A DNA stretch of 64,000 bases from an uncultured Chitinophagaceae bacterium (GCA_964543705.1 CAZIZP010000010.1:229-64228); one strand, 5' to 3'. Shown: positions 28,526-39,077, numbered from the stretch's first letter. Notes: generated from the sequence alone by a model not told the origin. A program made the numbers and translations.

Positions 28526-31500
28526 TTACTTAACCATGTACATTTTTCCTAAACCACTTTTAAAATATTTGTCTGCCGATGTTTCAAGCTTTTCTAGTTG
28601 TTTACCATTATTAGACGCTACTACTCTGTAGAAATACAATCCGTTTGCCAGTCTATCACCATACTGGTCGGTACCATCCCAGGCAAATTCAGTTATGTTT
28701 CTTCCAATTCTTAATGGCCCTAACTCATTCATCTCAATTTCACGAACTACTTTACCGGAGATAGTCATTATTTGAATTTTCATGTAGGTAGGCAATTCAG
28801 AACCTGTAAGTGTAAATACAAACCTTGTAGAAGTTGAAAAAGGGTTGGGATAGTTTACTACGTTGGTAATCATTTCTTTGTTAATCACCTCAAATTCTAT
28901 TCTGTAATCTATACCTACATTTGGGTCACCATAAGTTCCTGAAATATTTCTGCTACGGTCTAATGCCTGAACCTGCAATTCATACTTTCCATCAATATCA
29001 AAACGTTTATTAATTTCTACTTGTGCCTGATTAATTCTTCCCAACTGGCTTGGTGTGGCTGGAGTAAAAACCATGTACGGATTGCTGAAATACTGAGGTT
29101 CAATGGTGCTATCAGGATATTTCAGAAATATTTTTATTAAAGAAGTATCATCTAAAGCCAAATATTTATTTTCATCTTTCAGGGTAATTAAAATATTTGG
29201 TTCAGCAGAAACAATGTCGCCATTAATAATATGTGTTCCATCGAAAGTGACATCTAGTAATGGGTTTTTATTATCCCCGGTAACACCAAAATTCAATATA
29301 CCTATGTTATTAAAGTGAAACTGTTCTCGTTGATCTTCATCAGGATTAGCTTCTATTATAAGTGAATTAATATCAGCAAGACAGTTACAGTTGGTATTAA
29401 ACCTGTAATCAAGATTATACTGCTGACCGGCTTTAAGTGAATCATATCTTACATAGCCTACAGACGATTGACTTCCAGAGCTTACAATAGTATATTTTAC
29501 CAAAAGACTATCCATATCTACTGGAGATATATTTTCAATTGCAACTTTCAGCTCAAGATTTTCTCCCAAGCCAATAACAGAATCAAATTCAAGATAAATA
29601 TTTGGTGCTAAAGCCGCTTCAGGCACAATATCATGTATAATTTTCCAATAGTAGTTTTGAGACGGTGTTCTGTTGGTATCATCGCGGGTATCAAACTGTA
29701 GCCTTAAGTAAGGAAATGCGTTAGGATCTATACCTGCCAAATTATAATTGGGTGTAGTAATGTTGCTTATTAAAACAGTTTCAGTTTTGTCGGGTCTTAC
29801 ACCAATAATATTTACACTAACACTATCATTATCAGGCTGATCTAAAGAGCGACTTTCCCAAAATAAATCTTTCCATTTAAAGGCAGGGCCAATTAATGGT
29901 GTTTTGTAAGTGCCTTGATACCAGTTTACATTAAATGTAGCATCCATTTGTAAAGGCTGGTTTATACTTCCTACTGATTCAACAGGAGTAAAAGAAGCAT
30001 TCCCCTTTTGACAGAAAAACGCCCACGGTGTGTTAGGATGCAGCCCTTGTAAATTGAAGATTTGCGTTGACCCCAATGTGGCAATTGTAGATGCAAAAGC
30101 ATTCGTCATATTGCTATACCCAATAGGCTGGTTTGTAGAAGCGCTGTAAATTAAAATATAATGGCCATTTGGAACTGCATTAATAAGATCTATCATTCTT
30201 TGTTGCCAAATATCTGCACCACAAGAGCTTGATGCATTACCTATAGGAAAGTTAAACGCTTCAAAATCTCTGGCAGTACCAGGGTTACAGTGTATGCTTT
30301 TATAAATCTGATTAATTAAAAAACCTGAACAAGGGTCAACACCAACATCAGAAAGTTTACTAATCCAAGGCTCACCTGTAATTGGATCAAAAACTGCTAC
30401 TGTAAGCCCTGATGGATAGCCTCTTCCACCACAAACCAATTTTTCTCTTGAACCACCATTAAGCGAATAACCAATACGCTGGCAGTCATTAACAGTAGCT
30501 AATGCACCAAGACATGTCCCAGTGAAAACAGTAAGTTGCTTGGTGTCATCTACAAACTTGAAAATTCTATCATTATCAAGATTGATATTATTATATTCAT
30601 TTTTCTTCCACTGAAAATAGTGCGATTGATTCCAGCCTGCTGAGTCATTAGGTAAATACACAAACGAACTGTAGTTATAACCTCTTGAATTACTATGAAC
30701 TGTTGAGTCCAATCCTACGCGCCAATAATACACAGTACTATCGGGCATTGAATTCAACAAAAATGGAAGTTGCCATTTCAGCAATCCACCCGTCATCACG
30801 AAAGTTTGCGATTTTTTAAAGCTACTATTGAAAAGTTCAGTGGTGTCTATTTCTATCAGATAGGTGCGGGTAGGGGCAAAAGTATTGGCTGTTGAAGCAG
30901 CTAGGGTTAGTTCGTTTTCAGAACTATTTACTATAGCAAATTCATATGGATAAACCGGGAAAATATCATCGGAAAGAATATTAAGCGACAAACCAATTTG
31001 GTTATTAGTTTCAGACAACTCATCTATTTTTTCCTCATCTTCAATTTTAATAATGAAGTTGTTCAGACCAAATGCCGAGGCTGCCCCTGTAGGAATTTCT
31101 ACATCAATAGTATCTATGTAGCAAGGAGCAGGAATTTTCTTTTCATAGCGTAGTGTAGAGCCACTCGGAAACACGCGATCAATAGCCAGAATAATACTAT
31201 CGGAAACATTTATAGCCTTACCTAAATTTGGTACTACCACGCGCATAGTAAAAGTGGCATCTTCTACATTTACTACAGCAGGTACAAAAGAAATCATCTG
31301 AGGTTCTAAAACATAATCAGGCTTTTCATGAGTATTAATTCTAACTGATGGGTCGCCATTCAAGGTCATTTCTTCTGCAATCATTAATGTAAAGGCATCG
31401 TTAGAAAATGTTTGCTGTAGATATTGAGATGTGGCTTTCATGGCTGCACCTACAGGCTCATTGTAAAGTGTTTCGCCAAATTGGTTGTAAAATTCATTGG

Positions 31501-33667
31501 CATAATAGAATAATCCTGTAGCGGAAGATAAGCTGGTAGTAGATAAAAATCCTATTGCTCCTTTGTTTTCTGAAAGTACAAATTCTTCACTAATACCTTG
31601 CCCTGCACCAAAAACATTTCCGGTGAAACAACCATTAGACATCACTAAAGGATATTTCTTAAAGTTGCTCCAGTTGCGTGGCTCATCAACACTTATATCG
31701 AATGTATTTGAAGAAGAGTGACCAAAAAAAGTCATTAGCGAAACCCCTTCATTCAGCCTGTTAGTTATATCTTGTGCAAAGCCAATTTGAATTGGGTCTA
31801 TGCTGGTTTTTAAATAGGTTTTAACATTGGCCCCATAATGTTCGCAAGCTACAGTACTTGCAAATTGCTCTAAGTAACCGGCAAACCTTACCCGTTCATT
31901 AGCAGAAGTCCCACCACCCATGTGAAGCAGATTTTTCGTCCACAGTTTATTCGCAATAGTTTGATAGGGATCTCCAACCTGGCTTTGCGATTCTTCTAAA
32001 TCTTTTATTTTTTGAAGGTAAATTCTTATTTGTTCACCATTAACCACTGAAAGTCTTCCTACAGGTATAGTTGGTGTAATGTCAGCATTGCTTGCGGCTG
32101 TAAGTAAATTATCTGAACCACCTGAACTTCCTGATTTTGCACCAAATGTAGGAACCAAACACTGAGCATAGGCACCATTAGGATTACTTTGGTTATTGCG
32201 CATAGCTTCGTAAACACGCCCTTTCCCTATTAGGAAAAAATATTCAGGATTAATGTTCCAGTTAGCTAATGCAAATTGTGAAAAGTTTCTAATAGCAAGC
32301 GGGTGCTTTTTAATGCCACCGGCAAATTGATCATACAATTCCTCTACATTAATAACGTTAGCAATCCAACCACCACCGGCTGTTGTTTGGCGATATTTTC
32401 TGTATTCGCCTACCCAATCATTTCCAAAACCATCGTTGTATAATCTGGGGTTAGAAATAATACAAAAAGCACACTGGTTTGCAGGGTTATTATAGTTTGT
32501 AAAAGTTATTGATTCGGTTTCAGTAATTTCTTTTATAGAAGCTTCGCTAAACAAGTATAATTGTCTCTCGGCTACAGCGGGTGCAGAAGGCAGTTTAAAA
32601 GCTATGGTGCTTCCTGAAGTGCCTATTATTCTGGCATTATTGGTTAAATCATATAATATCGGATTACTGGATTGTGTGTTAAAATTTAATACTTCGATAT
32701 GCTTTACTCCTACACTGCCATTTATTGAAAAGAGATTTTCTGTAAGAGCATTGAAGTCAAAGTTTCTATTGTAAATTAATTCAGCAAATGAAAGCGTGTT
32801 GTTATCAGATGAACCTGTTCCTGAAGCAGTAAATGTTAGCGTATTATTTGCAGTAAAACTATTTTGCGAAAGTTGAAAATCTTTAATGTTGAAACTATAA
32901 GAAAAATAAGTTGTGTCCCAAATAGTAGTATTATTAAAGCGTACATTGGTTATGTGTTGCGTGTTGGAAGTGCCTGTTAACCCAAATCTTAAAGTTGCAT
33001 TTCCATTGTTTAATGCCCCGGGGGTAGCAAATGTTACATTATAGGGTGTGCTTCTGTTAATTAAATTCACAGCACCTTGAAATCCTTCACCTGCTTCAAA
33101 AATTGCTCTGTATAATGGCTCAGAACTGTAATAAGGCCTTCCTGCAATAAAAAAAGCTGTTTGCTGAAAAAGAACCCGTTGTTTACAGGAAGTTTCTTTA
33201 GCCGGAAGATTCGTTAAATCATTGGCAATGGAAATTATATTTCTTGGATTTCCTGTTTGCCACGCTAAAAAGTATGTTGAAGTGTCGCTGTATAAAGAAT
33301 AATAGGGATTAGGCTGTTCCTTGTCGGGGTTATTGTAAAGTTGTTTGTCTAAACTTCCATCATTCTTTTTTCCATAAAACTCTATATAGTCATTAGGTCC
33401 GAAAAAATTATTGGTAGAAACATACACAGGCACAACTTCACCCATGTGGTATAGAATAAAATCGCTGCCCCTTACAGTAGATAAATTTAATCCTGAAATA
33501 TTATTTAAAGTATTGAATGGAATACGATAAACTCCATCCTGTGCCACTTTTATTTTATGATATGTTTTACTGAAATCAATCCATTCATTCCCGTAAGGTT
33601 GCGCAATTGTACGAAACACAAAAAATGTTGCTGATAATAATAGTAATAGTCGAAACTTCAATATCAT
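28526..33667 (-). CDS. porU: C25 (gingipain-fold) cysteine peptidase, PorU-type T9SS sortase candidate, unusually large (1713 aa)
   Basis: Signal peptide. PorU-like N-terminus NEWIDFSKTYHKIKVAQDGVYRIPFNTL. Catalytic dyad FFGH650SSS (31718..31720) and SNGC680FTG (31628..31630). The C-terminus is T9SS CTD-like (NYPNPFSTSTRFVFTL...GLYFYRVVA). The start overlaps the upstream PorV-like gene. Confidence 0.7.
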   Translation of the reverse strand: MILKFRLLLLLSATFFVFRTIAQPYGNEWIDFSKTYHKIKVAQDGVYRIPFNTLNNISGLNLSTVRGSDFILYHMGEVVPVYVSTNNFFGPNDYIEFYGKKNDGSLDKQLYNNPDKEQPNPYYSLYSDTSTYFLAWQTGNPRNIISIANDLTNLPAKETSCKQRVLFQQTAFFIAGRPYYSSEPLYRAIFEAGEGFQGAVNLINRSTPYNVTFATPGALNNGNATLRFGLTGTSNTQHITNVRFNNTTIWDTTYFSYSFNIKDFQLSQNSFTANNTLTFTASGTGSSDNNTLSFAELIYNRNFDFNALTENLFSINGSVGVKHIEVLNFNTQSSNPILYDLTNNARIIGTSGSTIAFKLPSAPAVAERQLYLFSEASIKEITETESITFTNYNNPANQCAFCIISNPRLYNDGFGNDWVGEYRKYRQTTAGGGWIANVINVEELYDQFAGGIKKHPLAIRNFSQFALANWNINPEYFFLIGKGRVYEAMRNNQSNPNGAYAQCLVPTFGAKSGSSGGSDNLLTAASNADITPTIPVGRLSVVNGEQIRIYLQKIKDLEESQSQVGDPYQTIANKLWTKNLLHMGGGTSANERVRFAGYLEQFASTVACEHYGANVKTYLKTSIDPIQIGFAQDITNRLNEGVSLMTFFGHSSSNTFDISVDEPRNWSNFKKYPLVMSNGCFTGNVFGAGQGISEEFVLSENKGAIGFLSTTSLSSATGLFYYANEFYNQFGETLYNEPVGAAMKATSQYLQQTFSNDAFTLMIAEEMTLNGDPSVRINTHEKPDYVLEPQMISFVPAVVNVEDATFTMRVVVPNLGKAINVSDSIILAIDRVFPSGSTLRYEKKIPAPCYIDTIDVEIPTGAASAFGLNNFIIKIEDEEKIDELSETNNQIGLSLNILSDDIFPVYPYEFAIVNSSENELTLAASTANTFAPTRTYLIEIDTTELFNSSFKKSQTFVMTGGLLKWQLPFLLNSMPDSTVYYWRVGLDSTVHSNSRGYNYSSFVYLPNDSAGWNQSHYFQWKKNEYNNINLDNDRIFKFVDDTKQLTVFTGTCLGALATVNDCQRIGYSLNGGSREKLVCGGRGYPSGLTVAVFDPITGEPWISKLSDVGVDPCSGFLINQIYKSIHCNPGTARDFEAFNFPIGNASSSCGADIWQQRMIDLINAVPNGHYILIYSASTNQPIGYSNMTNAFASTIATLGSTQIFNLQGLHPNTPWAFFCQKGNASFTPVESVGSINQPLQMDATFNVNWYQGTYKTPLIGPAFKWKDLFWESRSLDQPDNDSVSVNIIGVRPDKTETVLISNITTPNYNLAGIDPNAFPYLRLQFDTRDDTNRTPSQNYYWKIIHDIVPEAALAPNIYLEFDSVIGLGENLELKVAIENISPVDMDSLLVKYTIVSSGSQSSVGYVRYDSLKAGQQYNLDYRFNTNCNCLADINSLIIEANPDEDQREQFHFNNIGILNFGVTGDNKNPLLDVTFDGTHIINGDIVSAEPNILITLKDENKYLALDDTSLIKIFLKYPDSTIEPQYFSNPYMVFTPATPSQLGRINQAQVEINKRFDIDGKYELQVQALDRSRNISGTYGDPNVGIDYRIEFEVINKEMITNVVNYPNPFSTSTRFVFTLTGSELPTYMKIQIMTISGKVVREIEMNELGPLRIGRNITEFAWDGTDQYGDRLANGLYFYRVVASNNGKQLEKLETSADKYFKSGLGKMYMVK

Positions 33668-34752
33668 TGTTGTTTGCGCTTATTGATACCTAAATTTATC
33701 GAAAATACATGAGAGTATAATGCTTCAGAGGCGTTTCCGATATCAGTAAAAGCATAGTCAATAGAAACTGATTTTATTCTTATACCACCACCTATAGTTG
33801 GCTGAAATGTAGTTATAGGCTTCCCTAAATCATCAGTAGATTTTTGAATATTGCCAATACCACCGCGAATAAATACAATTCTAGAATAATTGAGTTCAAG
33901 GCCAAACCTAGGGTCAATACTTACTGAATTGGTTTTCAGCAATACATTTCTTTTACCATCGGTAGTCATATCGAAATTAAATTCTGGTAAAATGAAAAAT
34001 TTATCTTTTATAGAAAACTCATACCCCAAACCCAAAATAAAACGAGGCACGGTAATTTCTAGTGAACTACTAGGGATTTCATTACCTGTTGCGGCCAATA
34101 CTTCTTTTTCGTCTTCAGAGAAACTGTAATTCCATGCATTAAAAGTGCCTGTAACATCGCGGGCCATAAATCCTAAACGAAATTTCTTTACTCTATACTG
34201 TAAGCCCGCATCCATTCCAAAGCCCCATGCATTGGCAAATGAACCTGCTTTTCGGTAAATCAGTTTAAAATTGCCCCCAAAAGTTAAACCCTGAACTGCC
34301 GTTTTTTGAGCATAGGAAAAACCGAAAGCATAATCGCCCACTGAGAATGAGCGAATATTATCATAGTTGATTGAACCATCATCTTCAAAAAGATTCAATG
34401 TGTTAGGAATATCATCTACCGCGAAGCGAATCATAGAAATACCAATGACCCTTTTTTGATCTTTTAAAGGAATGGCAACTGCGCCATAATCGAGCTTGGC
34501 AATACCCGCAAAATATTCGGCATGCATAGCCGAAACCTGAAAGTTGTTTTTAATTTGAGTTAAGCCTGCAGGGTTCCAGTAAGTTGCGGTAACATCATCA
34601 ACAGAAGATGTTACGCTCGATGACATAGCCAAACCTCTTCCGCCTACCCCGATAGACAAAAACTCGTTACTGTATTTTCTTACATTTTGTGCCTTAGAAT
34701 AAAACGCATGCAACAGCAAAACACAGCAAATCAATAAAGCATTTTTTTTCAT
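33664..34752 (-). CDS. porV: PorV/PorQ family T9SS outer-membrane beta-barrel protein
   Basis: Signal peptide MKKNALLICCVLLLHAFYSKAQ. Family N-terminal signature FLSIGVGGRGLAMSSSVTSSVDDVTATYWNPAGL. Alternating beta-strand pattern. The stop TGA overlaps the ATG of the C25 gene (ATGA, 33664..33667). Confidence 0.7.
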   Translation of the reverse strand: MKKNALLICCVLLLHAFYSKAQNVRKYSNEFLSIGVGGRGLAMSSSVTSSVDDVTATYWNPAGLTQIKNNFQVSAMHAEYFAGIAKLDYGAVAIPLKDQKRVIGISMIRFAVDDIPNTLNLFEDDGSINYDNIRSFSVGDYAFGFSYAQKTAVQGLTFGGNFKLIYRKAGSFANAWGFGMDAGLQYRVKKFRLGFMARDVTGTFNAWNYSFSEDEKEVLAATGNEIPSSSLEITVPRFILGLGYEFSIKDKFFILPEFNFDMTTDGKRNVLLKTNSVSIDPRFGLELNYSRIVFIRGGIGNIQKSTDDLGKPITTFQPTIGGGIRIKSVSIDYAFTDIGNASEALYSHVFSINLGINKRKQQ

Positions 34753-35254
34753 AGTGTAGTTATAATGATATTGCGGGCGGTTCCTACAGTTTTTAATTTA
34801 CTAACAAATATGAGAATTTCTTGTTGCAATTTTACCTTAAATTGAGGTAGAACCTGCATTATGAGCAAGTGTGTTGCTAACGCGCGCATGTTGGTGTTAA
34901 TTTTTAAGTACAGCATGTAAAACGCTAAAGTAGGCTTTCAATTGTAACCCGACTTCTTTTTGTCTTAATTTATTAAAACTACCCAACAAATTGTTTGAAT
35001 TAATATCCTTAACACAAATTATTAAATGTAAATGATAGGTATTATTAACCAATCATAAACTTCCATTCTTTTTTTCTGCAAAAATTAAGACTATTAACAA
35101 TAGTATTTGCATAGTCGTCTCTTACAAAAACATCTATCCAGTATACCTTAGCAAACAAAACTTATAAAGTATTATTCTTCTTTGTTATAAAATTTGTATT
35201 TTATTTTACGAAATAAACTTAAGACCGATAACAAAAAAACTAAAGGCTATCGAC

Positions 35255-35917
35255 TTATAACCCTGCCACAATAGATACTAAAGTGCCTTCTTTCACCAGC
35301 TTGAAAAGTTCTATTACGTCTTTATTTTTCATTCTAACACAACCCATAGACATGGGCTTGCCCAGCAGGCCTTCTTCGTGAGTGCCGTGAATGTAGATAT
35401 ATCGCTCGTAAGAATCTACAGTACCACCTTTGTTTTTGCCGGGCTCTAATCCATCGAGCCAAAGAATACGGGTGGTAACATAGTCTTTTGGCGTGTCGGT
35501 AGTATCGGTATAAATTTCAGCAATTTGGTTAGAGGCTTTTCTGGCAAAAAAGATAGTACCTATGGGCGCATTGTTTCCAATTTTATTCTTTATTCGATGA
35601 ACGCCCAACGGGGTTTTGTTGCTGTTTTTTTCAGCCCCAATGCCGGCTTTAGCAGTTGAAACTGTATAGGTTTTCAGAATATTATTATTGCTTATTACCA
35701 ATAGTTGCTGTTGGGCAATGTTTACCAAAACAATAGTATCGGTGTTCTTTGCTCCAAACTTTTGGGTTAATAATTCCGTGTGCTTTTTTATTTTTTCCTG
35801 CGGAAGATTTTCAGCAACATTTTGGGCTAAGGAAAATTGGTTTTCAGCAATAGCATTATGTCTTTCAGCATAAAAACTGAATACCATTATTACCATAATG
35901 CTGAACACATTTTTCAT
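35255..35917 (-). CDS. L,D-transpeptidase (YkuD family)
   Basis: Catalytic motif IHGTHEEGLLGKPMSMGCVRM (HG...S.GC.R). Signal peptide. Confidence 0.85.
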   Translation of the reverse strand: MKNVFSIMVIMVFSFYAERHNAIAENQFSLAQNVAENLPQEKIKKHTELLTQKFGAKNTDTIVLVNIAQQQLLVISNNNILKTYTVSTAKAGIGAEKNSNKTPLGVHRIKNKIGNNAPIGTIFFARKASNQIAEIYTDTTDTPKDYVTTRILWLDGLEPGKNKGGTVDSYERYIYIHGTHEEGLLGKPMSMGCVRMKNKDVIELFKLVKEGTLVSIVAGL

Positions 35918-35946
35918 AGCAGAAGCACTAAAAGACCCGCAATATT

Positions 35947-37221
35947 TTAGCCAATTAAATCGAACCCGGTATATGGCACTAATGCTTTTGGAATGCGAAT
36001 GCCGTTTTCGGTTTGGTTATTTTCTAACAATGCAGCCAATATTCTGGGTAACGCCAAGGCGCTGCCATTTAGTGTATGTGCCAGTTGTGTTTTTTTATCT
36101 TCTTTACTTTTAAAACGTAGCTTCATGCGATTGGCCTGGTAGGTTTCAAAATTTGAAACCGAACTTACTTCTAACCAGCGTTGCTGTGCTGCTGAATACA
36201 CTTCAAAATCGTAGGTAAGTGCCGAGGTAAAGCCCATGTCGCCACCACAAAGAAGCAATATTCTGTAGGGCAATTCCAGTTGCTGCAACAAGCCTTCTAC
36301 ATGCTGCACCATTTCTTCGAGTACTTCATAAGATTTGTCGGGGCGTGCCAGTTGCACTATTTCTACTTTTTCAAACTGGTGTACACGGTTTAAGCCGCGC
36401 ACATCTTTACCATAAGAACCTGCCTCTCTTCTAAAACAAGGCGAGTGTGCCGCCAGCTTAACCGGTAATTGTTCTTCGTTCAGAATAACATCGCGATAAA
36501 TATTGGTAACCGGAACTTCGGCAGTAGGTATTAAATAAAAATTATCGGCAGTGGCATGATACATTTGCCCTTCTTTATCGGGCAATTGCCCGGTAGCAAA
36601 AGCCGAGTCTTCATTTACCATAAAAGGCGGAATAACTTCGGTATAGCCGGCTTCGGTTGCTTTATCTAAAAAATAGGCTACTAAAGAACGTTGCAATTTT
36701 GCGCCTTTACCTTTATATACCGGAAAACCTGCACCCGTAATTTTAGTGCCCAGTGCCATATCTACAATATCGTATTGCTCAAATAATTCCCAATGAGGTT
36801 TTGCACCTTGTATTAATGTAACATTATTATCCGATTGGCGCACTACCACATTTTCTTCGGGGGTTTTACCTTCGGGCACTCTGCTATGTGGTGTGTTGGG
36901 TATGGTTACTAAAATACTTTTCAGTTGTTCTTCTGCATCATTTAATGTTTGCTGAAGTGTAGCGGTTTCAGCTTTAATGGCAACGGTTTCAGCTTTTAGT
37001 GTTTCTGCTGCTTCTTTTTTGCCTTGTGCAAATAATTGCCCAATTTCTTTAGCTATTTGGTTGGCTCTTGCCAGTTTTTCATCTAATAGTGTTTGCGTTT
37101 TTTTTCGCTGCTCGTTTAATTCAATTACTTCATCTATAAGCTGAATTTCCTTGAAGTGCTTTTTATTTAAAGCTTGTTTTACCGCTTCGGTATTTTGGGT
37201 TATTTGTTGCAAGGTAAGCAT
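35947..37221 (-). CDS. serS: serine--tRNA ligase
   Basis: Coiled-coil N-terminal arm plus class II core motifs (FRREAGSYGKDVRGLNRVHQFEKVE, GSALALPRILAALLEN). I prefer ATG 37221 over the TTG at 37242. Confidence 0.95.
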   Translation of the reverse strand: MLTLQQITQNTEAVKQALNKKHFKEIQLIDEVIELNEQRKKTQTLLDEKLARANQIAKEIGQLFAQGKKEAAETLKAETVAIKAETATLQQTLNDAEEQLKSILVTIPNTPHSRVPEGKTPEENVVVRQSDNNVTLIQGAKPHWELFEQYDIVDMALGTKITGAGFPVYKGKGAKLQRSLVAYFLDKATEAGYTEVIPPFMVNEDSAFATGQLPDKEGQMYHATADNFYLIPTAEVPVTNIYRDVILNEEQLPVKLAAHSPCFRREAGSYGKDVRGLNRVHQFEKVEIVQLARPDKSYEVLEEMVQHVEGLLQQLELPYRILLLCGGDMGFTSALTYDFEVYSAAQQRWLEVSSVSNFETYQANRMKLRFKSKEDKKTQLAHTLNGSALALPRILAALLENNQTENGIRIPKALVPYTGFDLIG

Positions 37222-37445
37222 GTAATCTGAAAATTTTGGCAAAGATAGTTGTAACTATGGTTTTTGCATCTTAAAAAAACTTTCGTAGTATTGCACGTGC
37301 TTTGATTGTAGCATGTCTAAAACAATCTTGTTTCAATCTAAATTTCCATTTCTCATTTAGCTTTTTGAAAAAATAAAAAACACATTGTTTAACTAACCCA
37401 CATTATTTGATTTAGTGTTATTAAATCACCAATTCTTTCCCCTTT

Positions 37446-39077
37446 ATGTATGACATTTTGCAACTGAACGATATGCTCGTTCCTGAATTGCGCGACATCG
37501 CAGAACGCTTTAACATTAGCGATTACAAAAAATTAGAAAAAAAGGATTTGATTTATAAAATCCTCGATGCACAAGCTATAAGTCCCGAAGTTTCTTCAAA
37601 CAGTAAGCCTGAAGAAGAAAAAAACGATGAGGCTAAAACAGCTAAGCCCCGTAAAAGAATTCCGGTTAAAAAAGAAGGTGCAGCGAAAGCAAAAACCACT
37701 AAGCCTGCTGTAAATGAAAATATTGAAAAAGAAGCCGCACTATTACATACAGTTGCTGAAGAAAAATTGCCTGTTGCTATAGATGTAAATAACGATGCTG
37801 TTGCAGAGGTAACCACAGAACCTGATGAGCAAAAAGCAGAAGAAACTGCTGTGCCCGAAGACTTTACCCCACCGGTTGAAGGGGGCACGCCACCCGCTGA
37901 AAGGCCACAACACCAGCATCGCCAGCAACAGCAACGTAAAGAAAGCATTTTGAATTTAGAATTTGAAGGCTCTATTATAGGAGAAGGTGTGTTGGAAATG
38001 ATGCCCGATGGCTATGGTTTCTTACGTTCATCTGATTACCACTATTTGTCTTCGCCCGATGATATTTATGTTTCGCCATCGCAAATAAAATTATTTGGTA
38101 TTAAAACAGGCGATACTGTTTATGGCACTATTCGTCCGCCAAAGGAAGGGGAGAAATATTTTGCCTTGCTGAAAGTAGAAACTATAAATGGCAGAAAGCC
38201 CGAAGAAATAAGAGACCGTGTGCCCTTTGATTATTTAACGCCTTTGTTTCCGCAGGAAAAGTTAAACTTATTTACTAAGCCCGATGAATATTCTACACGT
38301 ATCATCGATTTATTTACTCCAATTGGTAAAGGACAAAGGGGGTTAATTGTAGCGCAACCAAAAACAGGTAAAACCTGGCTATTGAAAGATGTAGCCAATG
38401 CCATTGCTGCTAATCATCCGGAAGTATATTTAATTGTATTGTTGATTGATGAACGCCCCGAAGAGGTAACCGATATGGAGCGCAGTGTAAAAGCAGAAGT
38501 AATTGCCTCTACTTTTGATGAGCCTGCCGAAAAGCACGTAAAGGTTTCAAATATAGTATTGCAAAAGGCCAAACGTTTAGTTGAATGTGGCCATGATGTA
38601 GTTATTCTTTTAGATTCTATTACCCGTTTGGCACGTGCCCACAACACTGTTGCGCCTGCATCAGGAAAAGTTTTATCGGGAGGTGTTGAAGCTAATGCTT
38701 TACACAAGCCAAAGCAGTTTTTTGGTGCTGCCCGTAAAATTGAAAACGGTGGCTCGTTAACTATTTTAGCAACCGCTTTGGTAGATACCGGCTCTAAAAT
38801 GGACGAAGTAATTTTTGAAGAGTTTAAAGGTACGGGTAACATGGAATTGCAACTTGACCGTAAACTGGCCAACAAGCGTATTTATCCTGCTGCTGATATT
38901 ACCATTTCTTCAACCAGAAGAGATGATTTATTGCTCGACCGTGATATTATGCAAAAGATGTGGATTTTACGTAAACATCTTGCCGATATGACTGCTGAAG
39001 AAGCTATGAACTTTGTGTTGCAAAACATGAAAGGCACTAAAAGCAACGAAGAGTTTATGTTGTCTATGAACGGATAA
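37446..39077 (+). CDS. rho: transcription termination factor Rho with a roughly 125-aa N-terminal insertion
   Basis: N-terminal helix bundle ([18 protein letters not shown]). OB-fold RNA-binding [15 protein letters not shown]. Walker A QPKTGKT. RecA-like core [10 protein letters not shown]. Confidence 0.95.
   Translation: MYDILQLNDMLVPELRDIAERFNISDYKKLEKKDLIYKILDAQAISPEVSSNSKPEEEKNDEAKTAKPRKRIPVKKEGAAKAKTTKPAVNENIEKEAALLHTVAEEKLPVAIDVNNDAVAEVTTEPDEQKAEETAVPEDFTPPVEGGTPPAERPQHQHRQQQQRKESILNLEFEGSIIGEGVLEMMPDGYGFLRSSDYHYLSSPDDIYVSPSQIKLFGIKTGDTVYGTIRPPKEGEKYFALLKVETINGRKPEEIRDRVPFDYLTPLFPQEKLNLFTKPDEYSTRIIDLFTPIGKGQRGLIVAQPKTGKTWLLKDVANAIAANHPEVYLIVLLIDERPEEVTDMERSVKAEVIASTFDEPAEKHVKVSNIVLQKAKRLVECGHDVVILLDSITRLARAHNTVAPASGKVLSGGVEANALHKPKQFFGAARKIENGGSLTILATALVDTGSKMDEVIFEEFKGTGNMELQLDRKLANKRIYPAADITISSTRRDDLLLDRDIMQKMWILRKHLADMTAEEAMNFVLQNMKGTKSNEEFMLSMNG

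Noticed and set aside
34742-34749. A8 homopolymer at codons 2-4 of the porV-like gene (similar A7/T8 runs occur at other signal-peptide starts) as a possible slipped-strand phase switch
   Set aside because: The tract simply encodes the Lys-Lys-Asn of a signal-peptide n-region. Tracts of 8 or fewer are common in AT-rich genomes and shorter than typical phase-variable tracts.
34749-34859. 36-codon upstream ORF (MQVLPQFKVKLQQEILIFVSKLKTVGTARNIIITTL) whose TGA overlaps the porV-like ATG (ATGA)
   Set aside because: An open frame of this length is expected by chance at roughly the several-percent level in this spacer. It has no hydrophobic or otherwise distinctive character. I kept only the spacer itself as a low-interest finding.
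37553-38875. Long antisense ORFs inside rho (131 aa at 37553..37948, 63 aa at 37743..37934, 153 aa at 38414..38875)
   Set aside because: The products are Ser/Cys/Leu-rich with no start context. They fall inside a highly conserved gene whose codon usage suppresses reverse-frame stops.
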